Part shown: positions 38,231 through 46,385 of the stretch, piece after piece
Layout: each line of letters starts with the position of its first letter
Position numbering within the stretch: the stretch's first letter is position 1
Sequence record: PZ295659.1
DNA length: 64,000 nucleotides
DNA from: a phage
Direction: 5' to 3' (one strand)
Translations under genes and position numbers: made by a program
The notes under the pieces: model-generated
Told to the model about the DNA's origin: nothing
The model's input: only the letters and a program-made list of their open reading frames with translations
Database searches by the model: none

Positions 38231-38271
38231 TTTGATAGGTCTATAATAACATATCCTAAAAGCATGTACAC
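38231..38271 (-). promoter_or_regulatory. early promoter stem-loop (PeSL)
   Basis: ttgataggtctataataacat with GTGTAC -35-like box. Confidence 0.45.
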
Positions 38272-38301
38272 TACTTTTTAAAAATATTTTGACCCCCTAA
38301 A

Positions 38302-38315
38302 GGGCCCGAAGGCCC
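38302..38315 (-). terminator. GC hairpin 3' of NTase-like gene (weak terminator)
   Basis: gggcc-cgaa-ggccc directly after stop codon; short U-tract only. Confidence 0.35.
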
Positions 38316-38318
38316 TTA

Positions 38319-39308
38319 TCATTTATAGTATGAATTGTGGTTTTCTAAGTAGACTTGCTCAAGGAAGTCATCCCAGAAACTCATATCTACTTTTTGCTGC
38401 ATACCATTCTTGGCAGCTTGTTCTGATGCTTGTTCAACTTGGTCAACGATATCTTCTAGGAATTCTTGTACAGTTTTAAATGTATGTTTACCAAGCTTAA
38501 CATCGAGAATAAATGGAGCATCCTGAAGTGGGTAAACCAGGTCGCCTGTTTTGTAAATTTCCAATAATTGAAGTCCACCACGACATGCATGACTCAATGC
38601 TTTCCAGTCAATACCTTCGTTAGCTTCTGCCTTACGAGCACGTTCACCATAGTTCTCTTCCAGTTTAACTAGGATGGCATTGAACTCTTTATTGGTTAAC
38701 GTGTCTTGGAATTTACGGTCTAACAGATTATAGAATGTTTGCTTACCTGTTTTCTCGTTTTCAGTTTCAACCCACGAAGCAAATTCACCTACAGGCAGAA
38801 CATTCTTCATATGTGATAAACGAATTACTGCACCATTATCAAAGTATTGTCCCCATTCGTTAGAACGTTTAAGGGCTTGACGAAGAACAGCCAGTCGAGA
38901 ACCCTTGACACCGTATTTAGAAGCTTGCTTACGGACATACCCTAAATAAGATTTCATGTTAGTAGTATAGAAACGAGACCTGTTATCTTGAATATACTTC
39001 CATACATCAGGCAAATCAGATTTAACTACTAAACTTGGTGGAGTGTGAAGCATATCTAATGCGACGGTTTCACCATCCGCAGCTAGTTTAAAGAAATATT
39101 TGAGACTATACAACTCATGGTCAACGTCGTCTTTTGTGTTCTTAGAAGATGTGTTATTCGTGTTCTTGCTCATGTGTTCTTTAACGTTACCGGTCAAGAT
39201 GTCACGAGCATGAGGGACATAAATTTCTTTAAAATCAACGTCAGATTCAGGAGTAGACGTTCCATAAAGGTGGCTACCAAAGTAGCCTTTCATAATTGTT
39301 TTCATCAT
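38319..39308 (-). CDS. Pol-beta-superfamily nucleotidyltransferase-fold protein
   Basis: 329 aa; N-terminal YFGSHLYGTSTPESDVDF (GS...DxD NTase motif). Confidence 0.55.
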   Translation of the reverse strand: MMKTIMKGYFGSHLYGTSTPESDVDFKEIYVPHARDILTGNVKEHMSKNTNNTSSKNTKDDVDHELYSLKYFFKLAADGETVALDMLHTPPSLVVKSDLPDVWKYIQDNRSRFYTTNMKSYLGYVRKQASKYGVKGSRLAVLRQALKRSNEWGQYFDNGAVIRLSHMKNVLPVGEFASWVETENEKTGKQTFYNLLDRKFQDTLTNKEFNAILVKLEENYGERARKAEANEGIDWKALSHACRGGLQLLEIYKTGDLVYPLQDAPFILDVKLGKHTFKTVQEFLEDIVDQVEQASEQAAKNGMQQKVDMSFWDDFLEQVYLENHNSYYK

Positions 39309-39778
39309 TTAGCCTTATATTCAAGAGTAGGACAGACTTTTTCTTTACGAGCTTTAAGGTATTCGCCTATTAATGATTTCTTACGTTCAATAGGCTCAAG
39401 TCCATTTTTAATTCGTTCTTGGTTTTGCGCAATGAGCTCAATTTCTTTATAATATTTTCTGTCGTTATATTTGTCTAACAACCAAGACGGACCAATTATC
39501 AACCCGGCAGAAATAAAAGCCATGACTGATACCATTAAAATGCCTACGCCAATTGAGGCTGGAACTAATGTCCATAGACTGCTAAAAACAAAGAATCTAG
39601 TTAAAATTTCCTGGCCAATGATTACGACTGCTGCTAAAATAGCAAATCCGATAATTGAAACAGACAATACCGGGATTAACGTTTTCCAAAAATAAGCACA
39701 CAACGTTTTAGGGCGATTCCATGTACTATTGAACGCGGCATAAATTTTAAAGTGCCAAGAGTTTTCATTGATAATCAT
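39305..39778 (-). CDS. polytopic membrane protein
   Basis: 157 aa, 3-4 predicted TM helices; stop overlaps NTase-like gene start. Confidence 0.55.
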   Translation of the reverse strand: MIINENSWHFKIYAAFNSTWNRPKTLCAYFWKTLIPVLSVSIIGFAILAAVVIIGQEILTRFFVFSSLWTLVPASIGVGILMVSVMAFISAGLIIGPSWLLDKYNDRKYYKEIELIAQNQERIKNGLEPIERKKSLIGEYLKARKEKVCPTLEYKAK

Positions 39779-39787
39779 AATAATTCC

Positions 39788-40330
39788 TTATTTCAAAGTC
39801 GGGATAATGGAATCAAGATAAGCTTTAAGAGCAACTGCTTCATCTTTGTCTAATGTAACGATATGTTGACGAAGGTCATCAATTTGACGAATAACTACGA
39901 CATCACCATCTTCATAAGAAGGATTAACGCCTAGGACTGTTGTATAGTCAGGGCGGTCCTGATTTGTAATAAAAGCATTACGGCATTTAGCCCATTGAAG
40001 TTTGGCCTTTTTGGCTGTTTCAGATTCCACGAATTCTTTCACCTTAGTGACGAATGTTTTCCAATTATTAATAGAAAAACATTCGTCTTCAGTTTCGATA
40101 TTAACCCCACTATAAAGTCCACGATAAAAACGAACTTGAAGGTCTTCGTCAATGTTAATTACAGATGCATGGCCCGGTGGATTGAGTTTCAAAATCTTGT
40201 CCAGTTCCATAGGAAGAATAGTAACCGCATCATCTTCTTGCGTCAGAACGTAAGCACAACCACGTTTTTCTATACATAAATCACCAAACAACTCAGTCGT
40301 TTCAATTACAGTTTTCATATTATTCACCAA
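39788..40330 (-). CDS. hypothetical protein
   Basis: 180-aa ORF. Confidence 0.5.
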   Translation of the reverse strand: MVNNMKTVIETTELFGDLCIEKRGCAYVLTQEDDAVTILPMELDKILKLNPPGHASVINIDEDLQVRFYRGLYSGVNIETEDECFSINNWKTFVTKVKEFVESETAKKAKLQWAKCRNAFITNQDRPDYTTVLGVNPSYEDGDVVVIRQIDDLRQHIVTLDKDEAVALKAYLDSIIPTLK

Positions 40331-40499
40331 TTAAAGTTTCAACAAAATTCACCAAAGCATTCTGGCAAGCATCAACCTGATTTTCATAAAAGTCTCCGTT
40401 ATCATTTACCGCATGATAAGCTACATCATTCAAATCTGAATCGGCTTCACGTAAGTCACGGATAAGGTCCATCAATTTATTAGCTTGTTCACGGGTCAT
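40320..40499 (-). CDS. small ORF (59 aa)
   Basis: MTREQANKLMDLIRDLREADSDLNDVAYHAVNDNGDFYENQVDACQNALVNFVETLIGE; just below track cutoff. Confidence 0.35.
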   Translation of the reverse strand: MTREQANKLMDLIRDLREADSDLNDVAYHAVNDNGDFYENQVDACQNALVNFVETLIGE

Positions 40500-40623
40500 T
40501 TTACCATACTCGTTTCAATAAGATTCACTATGCCGTTTACCATGTTATAAGTAAACATCGGATAATTGTATTGTACTACAACATAAGCGATAAGCAAAAG
40601 TTTCATTTTGTTCTCCATTTGTT

Positions 40624-40664
40624 TTGGTAGGATTACTATATCATAGTCCTACCAAGACGTAAAC
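40624..40664 (-). promoter_or_regulatory. early promoter stem-loop (PeSL)
   Basis: gtaggattactatatcatagtcctac inverted repeat with GTTTAC -35. Confidence 0.5.
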
Positions 40665-40879
40665 TACCGATTGTGTTTTAAAATACTATAAAGAGCTTCT
40701 ACTTGGCTTGCATCCAGGTAAATAACAACATCATCTTGCTCAATGGAAATTCCGCCAGTATTACCTTCAACGAAATTACATTCGCATACTTCAACGGTGC
40801 GATATACATCACCAACTGGATGCTCAGGCTCCAGAACAATCACACCATCTTCAGAACAACCGCTTGGGTCATATAACAT
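40664..40879 (-). CDS. small Cys-containing protein (MLYD family)
   Basis: MLYDPSGCSEDGVIVLEPEHP...; tandem paralog of 40971..41135. Confidence 0.45.
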   Translation of the reverse strand: MLYDPSGCSEDGVIVLEPEHPVGDVYRTVEVCECNFVEGNTGGISIEQDDVVIYLDASQVEALYSILKHNR

Positions 40880-40970
40880 TACAGTTTCCTCGCTAACCAT
40901 GAAAAGAATAAACCAATTAAAACAGGTCCTACAGCCATTGTTAACCAAGCCCAAGGTTCAAGATAATAAA

Positions 40971-41135
40971 TCATCTCATGCTCCTGTGCCAACAGTTTCT
41001 TGGTTCACGTTTAAAAATTTCATCATGCATTGATTGACAACCAACACAATATATCATCACCATATCATCTTCAGCGCTTTCAGGTAAAAGTTCAAGTACG
41101 CCGTCTTCAGATTTTCCAGTATAATCGTAAAGCAT
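40971..41135 (-). CDS. small Cys-containing protein (MLYD family)
   Basis: MLYDYTGKSEDGVLELLPESAEDD...CVGC. Confidence 0.45.
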   Translation of the reverse strand: MLYDYTGKSEDGVLELLPESAEDDMVMIYCVGCQSMHDEIFKREPRNCWHRSMR

Positions 41136-41142
41136 AATATCC

Positions 41143-41322
41143 TCACATAATCTCGTTAACATACATTTGCAATTCGGTGTGGGCTTCGGCCATCTTTTTC
41201 ATAGCTCTGTTAATGTCGATGTCTCCATCTTCGCAACCATGAGCATTTTCCCAATCAGACACCGCATTAGCATACTCTTCAATCAAAAACATTAACTTAG
41301 AAATTTTTTCTTTACGTGTCAT
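41143..41322 (-). CDS. small acidic helical protein
   Basis: MTRKEKISKLMFLIEEYANAV...; GAGGAG SD. Confidence 0.45.
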   Translation of the reverse strand: MTRKEKISKLMFLIEEYANAVSDWENAHGCEDGDIDINRAMKKMAEAHTELQMYVNEIM

Positions 41323-41337
41323 AACGTTCTCCTCTAG

Positions 41338-41378
41338 TAAGTAAAGACTACTATAACACAACCTGAGGAGAAGTAAAC
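41338..41378 (-). promoter_or_regulatory. early promoter stem-loop (PeSL)
   Basis: gtaaac 41373-41378; inverted repeat tcctc...gaggag around TATAGT. Confidence 0.5.
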
Positions 41379-41386
41379 TGCTAAAT

Positions 41387-41416
41387 GCAAAAAAGCCCCA
41401 ACCTTTCGGAAGGGGC
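41387..41416 (-). terminator. rho-independent terminator (copy 1 of a repeated hairpin)
   Basis: Minus strand GCCCCUUCCGAAAGGUUGGGGC then U6; same hairpin recurs at 57493-57521. Confidence 0.55.
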
Positions 41417-41423
41417 AGGTAAA

Positions 41424-41726
41424 TTAGATAGATTTAGGCTCTAATTTTATTTTCATGAACTCGGCAAATTGTCTGGCAGTTTTTATGCCTTGTTCATGAC
41501 ATTCAAATGCATCATCACAGGGGCTATTTTTGTAATGCTTTGCCATATACTTATAAAATTTTTCAGAATTCTCAACATTTTGAATTTCGAACAAAGTATA
41601 TACGTTTTTAATCCCTGATTCCATAAAGTTGTCAAAGTACGGGTCAACATATGCAGTGCCAACGATAGGAGTTGTTGCTGCAAAAAACCCCAGCATCGCC
41701 ACAATGGCTATCGCTCTTAAGGCCAT
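41424..41726 (-). CDS. secreted/periplasmic protein
   Basis: 100 aa with N-terminal signal-peptide-like hydrophobic segment. Confidence 0.5.
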   Translation of the reverse strand: MALRAIAIVAMLGFFAATTPIVGTAYVDPYFDNFMESGIKNVYTLFEIQNVENSEKFYKYMAKHYKNSPCDDAFECHEQGIKTARQFAEFMKIKLEPKSI

Positions 41727-41738
41727 ATAGGCCTCCTG

Positions 41739-41951
41739 TTAATTTTGGCCAGTATTTATTTTTCGCCTTTGGACGGCCTTAACATCTGCGAGGTATTTTT
41801 CCAGCTTGCGCTTGCGTGTATAATCTGCTTTAGAACCAGTTTGACGGATATCCTCGTTTAAATGAGAAATAGAATGTCCTAATTCTCTTCGGATTTCATC
41901 CAATTGGGTTACAGTAAGATTACGAAGTTGTTTTTCGTTTAATTGCTGCAT
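41739..41951 (-). CDS. hypothetical protein
   Basis: 70-aa ORF. Confidence 0.45.
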   Translation of the reverse strand: MQQLNEKQLRNLTVTQLDEIRRELGHSISHLNEDIRQTGSKADYTRKRKLEKYLADVKAVQRRKINTGQN

Positions 41952-41978
41952 ATATACCTCTTGGTTAGATATTAGTAT

Positions 41979-42560
41979 TTATAACAACCCTGTCAAATCA
42001 TTCCAATGCTTCCGGCATAATGACACATATCTATCGGTGTCACCAATTTCAATTTGACTGCCATCTGTAATTGGAAGTCCGTCTTCCGTGACTCTAGCTA
42101 CCATTGTGGCCTTTTTACCACAATGACAGACACCTTTAAGTTCAACAAGCTTATCGGCAATAGCCATTAATGCTTGAGAACCTTCAAATAGATTACCTTT
42201 AAAATCTGTTCGTAGTCCATATGCCATTACCGGCACATTGTATACGTCAACAATACGACTAAGTTGATACACCTTTTCAGTAGTTAAGAATTGAGCTTCA
42301 TCAACAAATACACAATGAATATCCTTTTGTGCTGCAGCCCATTTATAGAATTCAAAGATATCCATGTCTTTTGTAATTATATTGGCGTCCTGACGAATAC
42401 CAATACGAGAGACTATTTCACCTTTTGAATCGCGAGTATCAATAGCCGGTTTAAGAACTAATACACTCATGCCACGTTCTTTATAGTTATGAGCGGCAGT
42501 AAGTAATGAAGCAGACTTACCAGCGTTCATAGCGGCATATGTAAAAATTAAACTAGCCAT
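41979..42560 (-). CDS. tk: thymidine kinase
   Basis: 193 aa; P-loop YAAMNAGKS, zinc-ligand Cys pairs CHCGKK...SLCRKH; colinear with T4 Tk. Confidence 0.95.
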   Translation of the reverse strand: MASLIFTYAAMNAGKSASLLTAAHNYKERGMSVLVLKPAIDTRDSKGEIVSRIGIRQDANIITKDMDIFEFYKWAAAQKDIHCVFVDEAQFLTTEKVYQLSRIVDVYNVPVMAYGLRTDFKGNLFEGSQALMAIADKLVELKGVCHCGKKATMVARVTEDGLPITDGSQIEIGDTDRYVSLCRKHWNDLTGLL

Positions 42561-42750
42561 AAGAGTCCTTAGTTAAATTTTCTAAATATGTTTCTAAATC
42601 ATTTTCAGCTTTATCGATAGATTTTACTAATTCGTAGTATGTTTCAGCATCTCCATAATCCGAAGCCAATTCAAAAGATAAATCTCGTTCTAAACTAATA
42701 ATTTCGCTGATTAAAAATCGTATTTCATTCTTTTGTTCGCGAGTAATCAT
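42553..42750 (-). CDS. hypothetical small acidic protein
   Basis: 65-aa ORF. Confidence 0.45.
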   Translation of the reverse strand: MITREQKNEIRFLISEIISLERDLSFELASDYGDAETYYELVKSIDKAENDLETYLENLTKDSYG

Positions 42751-42953
42751 AAGGAATTTATATAATCAATAAGTTCTTGTTCTTTATCGTCGAAATCTTT
42801 ACACAGTTCTTCGTATTCGTCGGTATTAAAAGGACCGCATTCATCGTAAACTTTTTCCAATTCACTATTTTTATCCATAACTTCGTGAATAAGAGAAAAT
42901 AGTCTGTCTTTTTGTTCTTTACTTAAACTCATAACCATGTAACCTTTAAGCAA
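42747..42953 (-). CDS. hypothetical small acidic protein
   Basis: 68-aa ORF. Confidence 0.45.
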   Translation of the reverse strand: MLKGYMVMSLSKEQKDRLFSLIHEVMDKNSELEKVYDECGPFNTDEYEELCKDFDDKEQELIDYINSL

Positions 42954-43141
42954 TATTCTTCTACATGTTGTTTACGACCTTTCTTATCAATAAAGGTATA
43001 TTCAACGAATGTTCCGATGTAGTCTTTATCTACGTCATGTGGACTATTAATTGGGCATTTAGTACGGCAAATGCGTTCCCATTGACGAATAATTACTGCC
43101 TTATTCTTTGGGTCATATGGATGTGGATAATGTATATTCAT
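42929..43141 (-). CDS. hypothetical protein
   Basis: Track ORF trimmed to ATG 43141 (MNIHYPHPY...). Confidence 0.45.
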   Translation of the reverse strand: MNIHYPHPYDPKNKAVIIRQWERICRTKCPINSPHDVDKDYIGTFVEYTFIDKKGRKQHVEEYCLKVTWL

Positions 43142-43635
43142 AATAATGGTTCCCAATCAACAATCACAATTTCTAGTTTAGTGGAATACGTATCTAAAAT
43201 CTCTTCGATGATATCCCAGTTTCCGCCACCGATACCTGCACCAATTCTTGGCATATAAATTACAGGCTTTGTTATCTTATTCTTTCCGAATTCATTTAAT
43301 TCTATTATACAATTCATTAAAGCAGAGTACTCAAAATTAGGTCCTGGCTCAAACTGTGTATAAAGATTAAAGCAATAAGCTTTATGTGTCTTAAAATATT
43401 TTTCATAAACCGAATAAGTCCCGAGTTTAGACTCGTCTCCGAATTCGGTTTGAAGTTTATCGGCTTCTAGAATTTTTGGATAAGCCTTTGCTAATTGTCC
43501 TGCCACACCAGCGCCCATTGTATGAAAACAATTACACCCATGAGCGATATTATTACCTTTAGAAAACAGGGCGACAATATCGCCCTTGATATAGTTTTTA
43601 ATCACTTGCTGCAAGTCCTCTAGTATAAGAGTCAA
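43138..43635 (-). CDS. macrodomain protein (ADP-ribose binding/hydrolase fold)
   Basis: 165 aa; IAHGCNCFHTMGAGVAGQL and MPRIGAGIGGGNWD glycine-rich macrodomain motifs. Confidence 0.75.
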   Translation of the reverse strand: MTLILEDLQQVIKNYIKGDIVALFSKGNNIAHGCNCFHTMGAGVAGQLAKAYPKILEADKLQTEFGDESKLGTYSVYEKYFKTHKAYCFNLYTQFEPGPNFEYSALMNCIIELNEFGKNKITKPVIYMPRIGAGIGGGNWDIIEEILDTYSTKLEIVIVDWEPLL

Positions 43636-43945
43636 CTAGACGGTCCACCATAGAATTGCATGCTGCCTTATCTTTAGGTTCCGCCACCGAGCATTCTAAT
43701 ATTTGCCATTTTTTATGATATCGTTTAATTAAGGTAGACGCCTTGAACCTACTAGACGCCCCATCTTTTTCTCCGTCTTTATACGCATATAACAATTTTT
43801 GTGAAAAATCTACTTTACACTCTTGACTTTTACCACAATAATCAGACGCCGTTCTGTTTGTATACTCCGTTACATCAGTATATGTAGTATTAGCAAGAGC
43901 GTTAAATGAAACCAAGCCAACTATTAAAGCCAACATTTTGGTCAT
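43598..43945 (-). CDS. secreted Cys-containing protein
   Basis: 115 aa; signal peptide MTKMLALIVGLVSFNALA. Confidence 0.5.
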   Translation of the reverse strand: MTKMLALIVGLVSFNALANTTYTDVTEYTNRTASDYCGKSQECKVDFSQKLLYAYKDGEKDGASSRFKASTLIKRYHKKWQILECSVAEPKDKAACNSMVDRLVDSYTRGLAASD

Positions 43946-44484
43946 TCTTTTATTTCCAGTAGTTTGTTTGATTTAAGGTAATTAGCCTTTTCTAGGACTT
44001 CAGAAGCATATTTACTTCCAGCACTTGTCTTCCATCCCGCATTATATGAGGATATAGCTTTTCTTATATCCCCGTTATGTATATTTAACCAATAAGAAAA
44101 TTCGATATAAGCCCATCTGGCTGAATTAGACCGCTTAGATAGCATTTTCTTAATTTGGGCATCAGACATATTATAACCAAGCTGGTTAATTCTTGCCCTC
44201 ATTGTTGGTAGATAATTTTGGAACATTCCATACGCATGGTGACCTTTCTTATCTTTAAGATTAATACCAGCAGATGATTCCTGCCATAGTATTGCGGCCA
44301 TTATGTATCCAAGTCCTTTCTTATGCATATTTTCATGCGTTTTAAATTTTCCATCCTTAGAAAACTGTTCCCCAAACTGATAAGCATAATTCAAGTTATC
44401 GAGTTGGACATTACTAAAAGTATGCTCGGAGCTATGTGCTGATAAAGAAAGAGCAAATAGACCAGCGAGTAGTGCTTTTCTCAT
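43942..44484 (-). CDS. secreted lytic-transglycosylase-like protein (SLT domain)
   Basis: 180 aa; signal peptide; WQESSAG...AYGMFQ resembles SLT catalytic Glu and AYGLMQ motif. Confidence 0.55.
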   Translation of the reverse strand: MRKALLAGLFALSLSAHSSEHTFSNVQLDNLNYAYQFGEQFSKDGKFKTHENMHKKGLGYIMAAILWQESSAGINLKDKKGHHAYGMFQNYLPTMRARINQLGYNMSDAQIKKMLSKRSNSARWAYIEFSYWLNIHNGDIRKAISSYNAGWKTSAGSKYASEVLEKANYLKSNKLLEIKE

Positions 44485-44492
44485 GTTTACCT

Positions 44493-44951
44493 CTAGATTT
44501 TAATCACTGCTTTAGAAGCTTTTCCTGGTAGTCGTTTACTGTTAATAATAGCCATTCTGCATTGAAGAGTCTTCATTTTGAATGCTGGATTTTCGCGACA
44601 AACTGTAAGTCCTAACCAAAGATTTCCATCAGTTATTTCTAAACGGCCTGGGCGATATTCGACGCCTTCGACAAAATCTTCATCAACATCTGGACGTGCC
44701 GGCATTGATAAAAATTCTGCAACTTCTTTAACATGATTTTTTACTTTACGAAATAATTCAAAAACGTAGTTCTCATCTATTTCCCTCTGGATGGCACGAT
44801 CTAAGAGATGTTGAGAATACTTGATATGAAAGCCTGGTAGTCCAAGAGACTTTGCAGCATCTTTTATACCGGCATTTATTTTGCGGAACTCCGTTTCAAA
44901 GATTCGACGGAGTTTATTACGGCGGATAAAAACGTCTGAATTGATAGTCAT
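44493..44951 (-). CDS. regB: RegB endoribonuclease
   Basis: MTINSDVFIRRNKLRR...KYSQHLLDRAIQREIDENYVFELF...GVEYRPGRLEITDGNLWLG colinear with T4 RegB. Confidence 0.9.
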   Translation of the reverse strand: MTINSDVFIRRNKLRRIFETEFRKINAGIKDAAKSLGLPGFHIKYSQHLLDRAIQREIDENYVFELFRKVKNHVKEVAEFLSMPARPDVDEDFVEGVEYRPGRLEITDGNLWLGLTVCRENPAFKMKTLQCRMAIINSKRLPGKASKAVIKI

Positions 44952-44960
44952 TTTGATTTC

Positions 44961-45008
44961 TCCTCTAGTTGACAGGTCTATAGTAACACAACTAGAGGAG
45001 AAGTAAAC
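44961..45008 (-). promoter_or_regulatory. early promoter stem-loop (PeSL) upstream of regB
   Basis: 12-bp inverted repeat ctcctctagttg/caactagaggag around TATAGT, gtaaac at 45003-45008. Confidence 0.5.
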
Positions 45009-45012
45009 TACT

Positions 45013-45228
45013 TTATTGATAAAATGGAGTTAAAGCCCAAGATTCTTTAGATACCATATCGGCGAAATGCCTCATCTCTTCGATTTGGCGACGACGCTGG
45101 TCAGCGTAGTCTTCTTCGCCTTCTTCCTTACAATCTTCAAGGTCTTCTTCAAGATACTTTAAGTATTCACTACAAATTTTGTTGACCTTTTCTTGAAAGT
45201 CTAATAACCCTGTAATAGTAGAAGCCAT
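45013..45228 (-). CDS. hypothetical acidic protein
   Basis: 71-aa ORF. Confidence 0.45.
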   Translation of the reverse strand: MASTITGLLDFQEKVNKICSEYLKYLEEDLEDCKEEGEEDYADQRRRQIEEMRHFADMVSKESWALTPFYQ

Positions 45229-45662
45229 TAGTATTTTTCCTCAGGTCGAAATACTGCACGACACGCCCACATGCTGGCTTCTTTTAGATGTTGCTTAGCA
45301 TACTTAAGAGCCTGCACTGCATCCATATCTTCTTTGGTTTGTTGCTCTGTTTCGTTTTCTTTCAAGATATATGCTTCTTCAATCAGAGCATCAAACATCA
45401 ATCCAAGACGGACTTCTGCATCTTTAATAGCATTCACTTTACTGATTTTATCGTCGGTATGCGGCTTGTAGCCTTTGATGTCTTCAATCGACATAAGGAA
45501 TTTCCTCATCGGTGGCAAGGTCATATTCGACCAATTGGATAGGCTCATTAATACCATATCCACGTACAGTGATATCGGTTGACGGATATTTTCCAGTAAT
45601 ATCACCCGTTCTAAATGATTCAATGAATGATTGCTCGCCTGAGCAACTAAACCAGGCGGCAA
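45228..45662 (-). CDS. hypothetical protein (start uncertain)
   Basis: 144-aa track ORF; an internal Met (MSIEDIKG) may be the true start. Confidence 0.4.
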   Translation of the reverse strand: MPPGLVAQASNHSLNHLERVILLENIRQPISLYVDMVLMSLSNWSNMTLPPMRKFLMSIEDIKGYKPHTDDKISKVNAIKDAEVRLGLMFDALIEEAYILKENETEQQTKEDMDAVQALKYAKQHLKEASMWACRAVFRPEEKY

Positions 45663-45708
45663 AACATTTTAAAACATCTTCAGACCCTTCTATAATCAAT
45701 TTAGCCAT
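45484..45708 (-). CDS. hypothetical protein
   Basis: 74-aa ORF. Confidence 0.4.
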   Translation of the reverse strand: MAKLIIEGSEDVLKCFAAWFSCSGEQSFIESFRTGDITGKYPSTDITVRGYGINEPIQLVEYDLATDEEIPYVD

Positions 45709-46070
45709 TATAGACTCTCAGTAAAGGTACGAGCGATAACGTCACGCTGCTGTTCCGGAGTCAGAGAGTTAAAGCGAACTGCATAACCGGATACACGGAT
45801 GGTCAGCTGCGGATATTTTTCAGGATGCTTAACTGCATCTTCCAGAGTTTCGCGACGCAGAACGTTAACGTTCAGGTGTTGACCACCTTCAATTTTAACT
45901 TTAGGTTGATGTTCAATTTCAATTTCACGAGCATTAAAACCGTAGAAAATTTCCGGGTCTACAATAGCGTCTTCTTTAAAAGTCTTAGAGACAATAATCC
46001 GGGCTTGAGTATCGTCTTCAAAATAAATAGTGCCTTTATGTGCACCTTCAAGAATTTGATATGCTTTCAT
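45708..46070 (-). CDS. grcA: autonomous glycyl-radical cofactor (GrcA/YfiD-like)
   Basis: C-terminal [59 protein letters not shown] carries the glycyl-radical motif RVSGYAV; 3' half visibly more GC-rich than phage average. Confidence 0.8.
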   Translation of the reverse strand: MKAYQILEGAHKGTIYFEDDTQARIIVSKTFKEDAIVDPEIFYGFNAREIEIEHQPKVKIEGGQHLNVNVLRRETLEDAVKHPEKYPQLTIRVSGYAVRFNSLTPEQQRDVIARTFTESL

Positions 46071-46076
46071 ATAACC

Positions 46077-46385
46077 TCAATTAGAAAATAAATTTATCCA
46101 AGATTTTTCTTTAATCAAAAATGGGTCGGAATTATACGCCATTAAACTTTGAGTGATTAATCCCTTAAATGGTCCATCAATAAATTCCATTTTGAAATGT
46201 GGAATACTAGTCATCAACCGTGCATTAGGAGCAGTACAAAGAACCTGCTGCCCTGCGAACGGACCTTTAGTCAAACGATATCGTTTAGGTTTAAAATGGT
46301 AAATCTCGTAATTTTCTACAAGAGCCCTTTTATTGCATACTGGGCTGTTATAACAATACTCAAAAACTTCAATAGTGGTCATCAT
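46077..46385 (-). CDS. hypothetical protein
   Basis: Track ORF trimmed to ATG 46385, which overlaps upstream stop. Confidence 0.45.
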   Translation of the reverse strand: MMTTIEVFEYCYNSPVCNKRALVENYEIYHFKPKRYRLTKGPFAGQQVLCTAPNARLMTSIPHFKMEFIDGPFKGLITQSLMAYNSDPFLIKEKSWINLFSN

